This document shows, in pieces, positions 25,015 through 25,078 of a DNA stretch of 25,078 nt (its first letter is position 1; each line of letters opens with the position of its first letter). This DNA comes from a virus. Lineage: Duplodnaviria > Caudoviricetes. Made by a program: the position numbers and the translations under genes. The notes under the pieces are model-generated. The model searched no databases and was not told where the DNA came from. It saw nothing but the letters and a program-made list of their open reading frames with translations. The stretch spans positions 1 to 25,078 of IMG/VR virus record IMGVR_UViG_3300032024_000005. The stretch is one strand, 5' to 3'.

Positions 25015-25078
25015 CAGGCATGACCTCCACAACAACCCGTTCAGCAGACAAAGCAGCTCTGTATCCAGAAGGTGTCTG
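25001..25078 (-). CDS. 3' end of an upstream minus-strand gene (partial)
   Basis: Open frame ...QTPSGYRAALSAERVVVEVMPDGLD* from the window edge to TGA at 25003-25001, overlapping the next start. Confidence 0.4.
   Translation of the reverse strand, partial: QTPSGYRAALSAERVVVEVMPDGLD

Overview
The window is the late (morphogenesis and lysis) arm of a tailed dsDNA podovirus-type phage. The + strand order is: probable terminase small subunit (C-terminal part), five small or fibre-like genes, terminase large subunit, portal, scaffold, major capsid protein, three probable minor virion proteins, a five-gene lysis block, tail adaptor, nozzle, a GNAT-like protein and three internal (ejection) proteins. 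A bidirectional terminator follows, where small genes from an oppositely transcribed arm converge. This layout resembles SIO1/VpV262/cobavirus-like (Zobellviridae-like) phages, which is my inference and not a search result. The best-supported discovery is a 630-nt group I intron (7235-7864) that splits the major capsid gene and encodes a single-motif LAGLIDADG homing endonuclease. Both splice sites, the internal guide sequence and the catalytic core can be read from the sequence, and splicing restores a 316-aa capsid protein. The most unusual gene arrangement is a signal-peptide-bearing trypsin-like serine protease inside the lysis cassette, between a holin-like gene and the M15 endolysin, with no recognisable lipoprotein spanin. 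Several small genes missing from the ORF track were also found. All assignments come from motifs and gene order read by eye.
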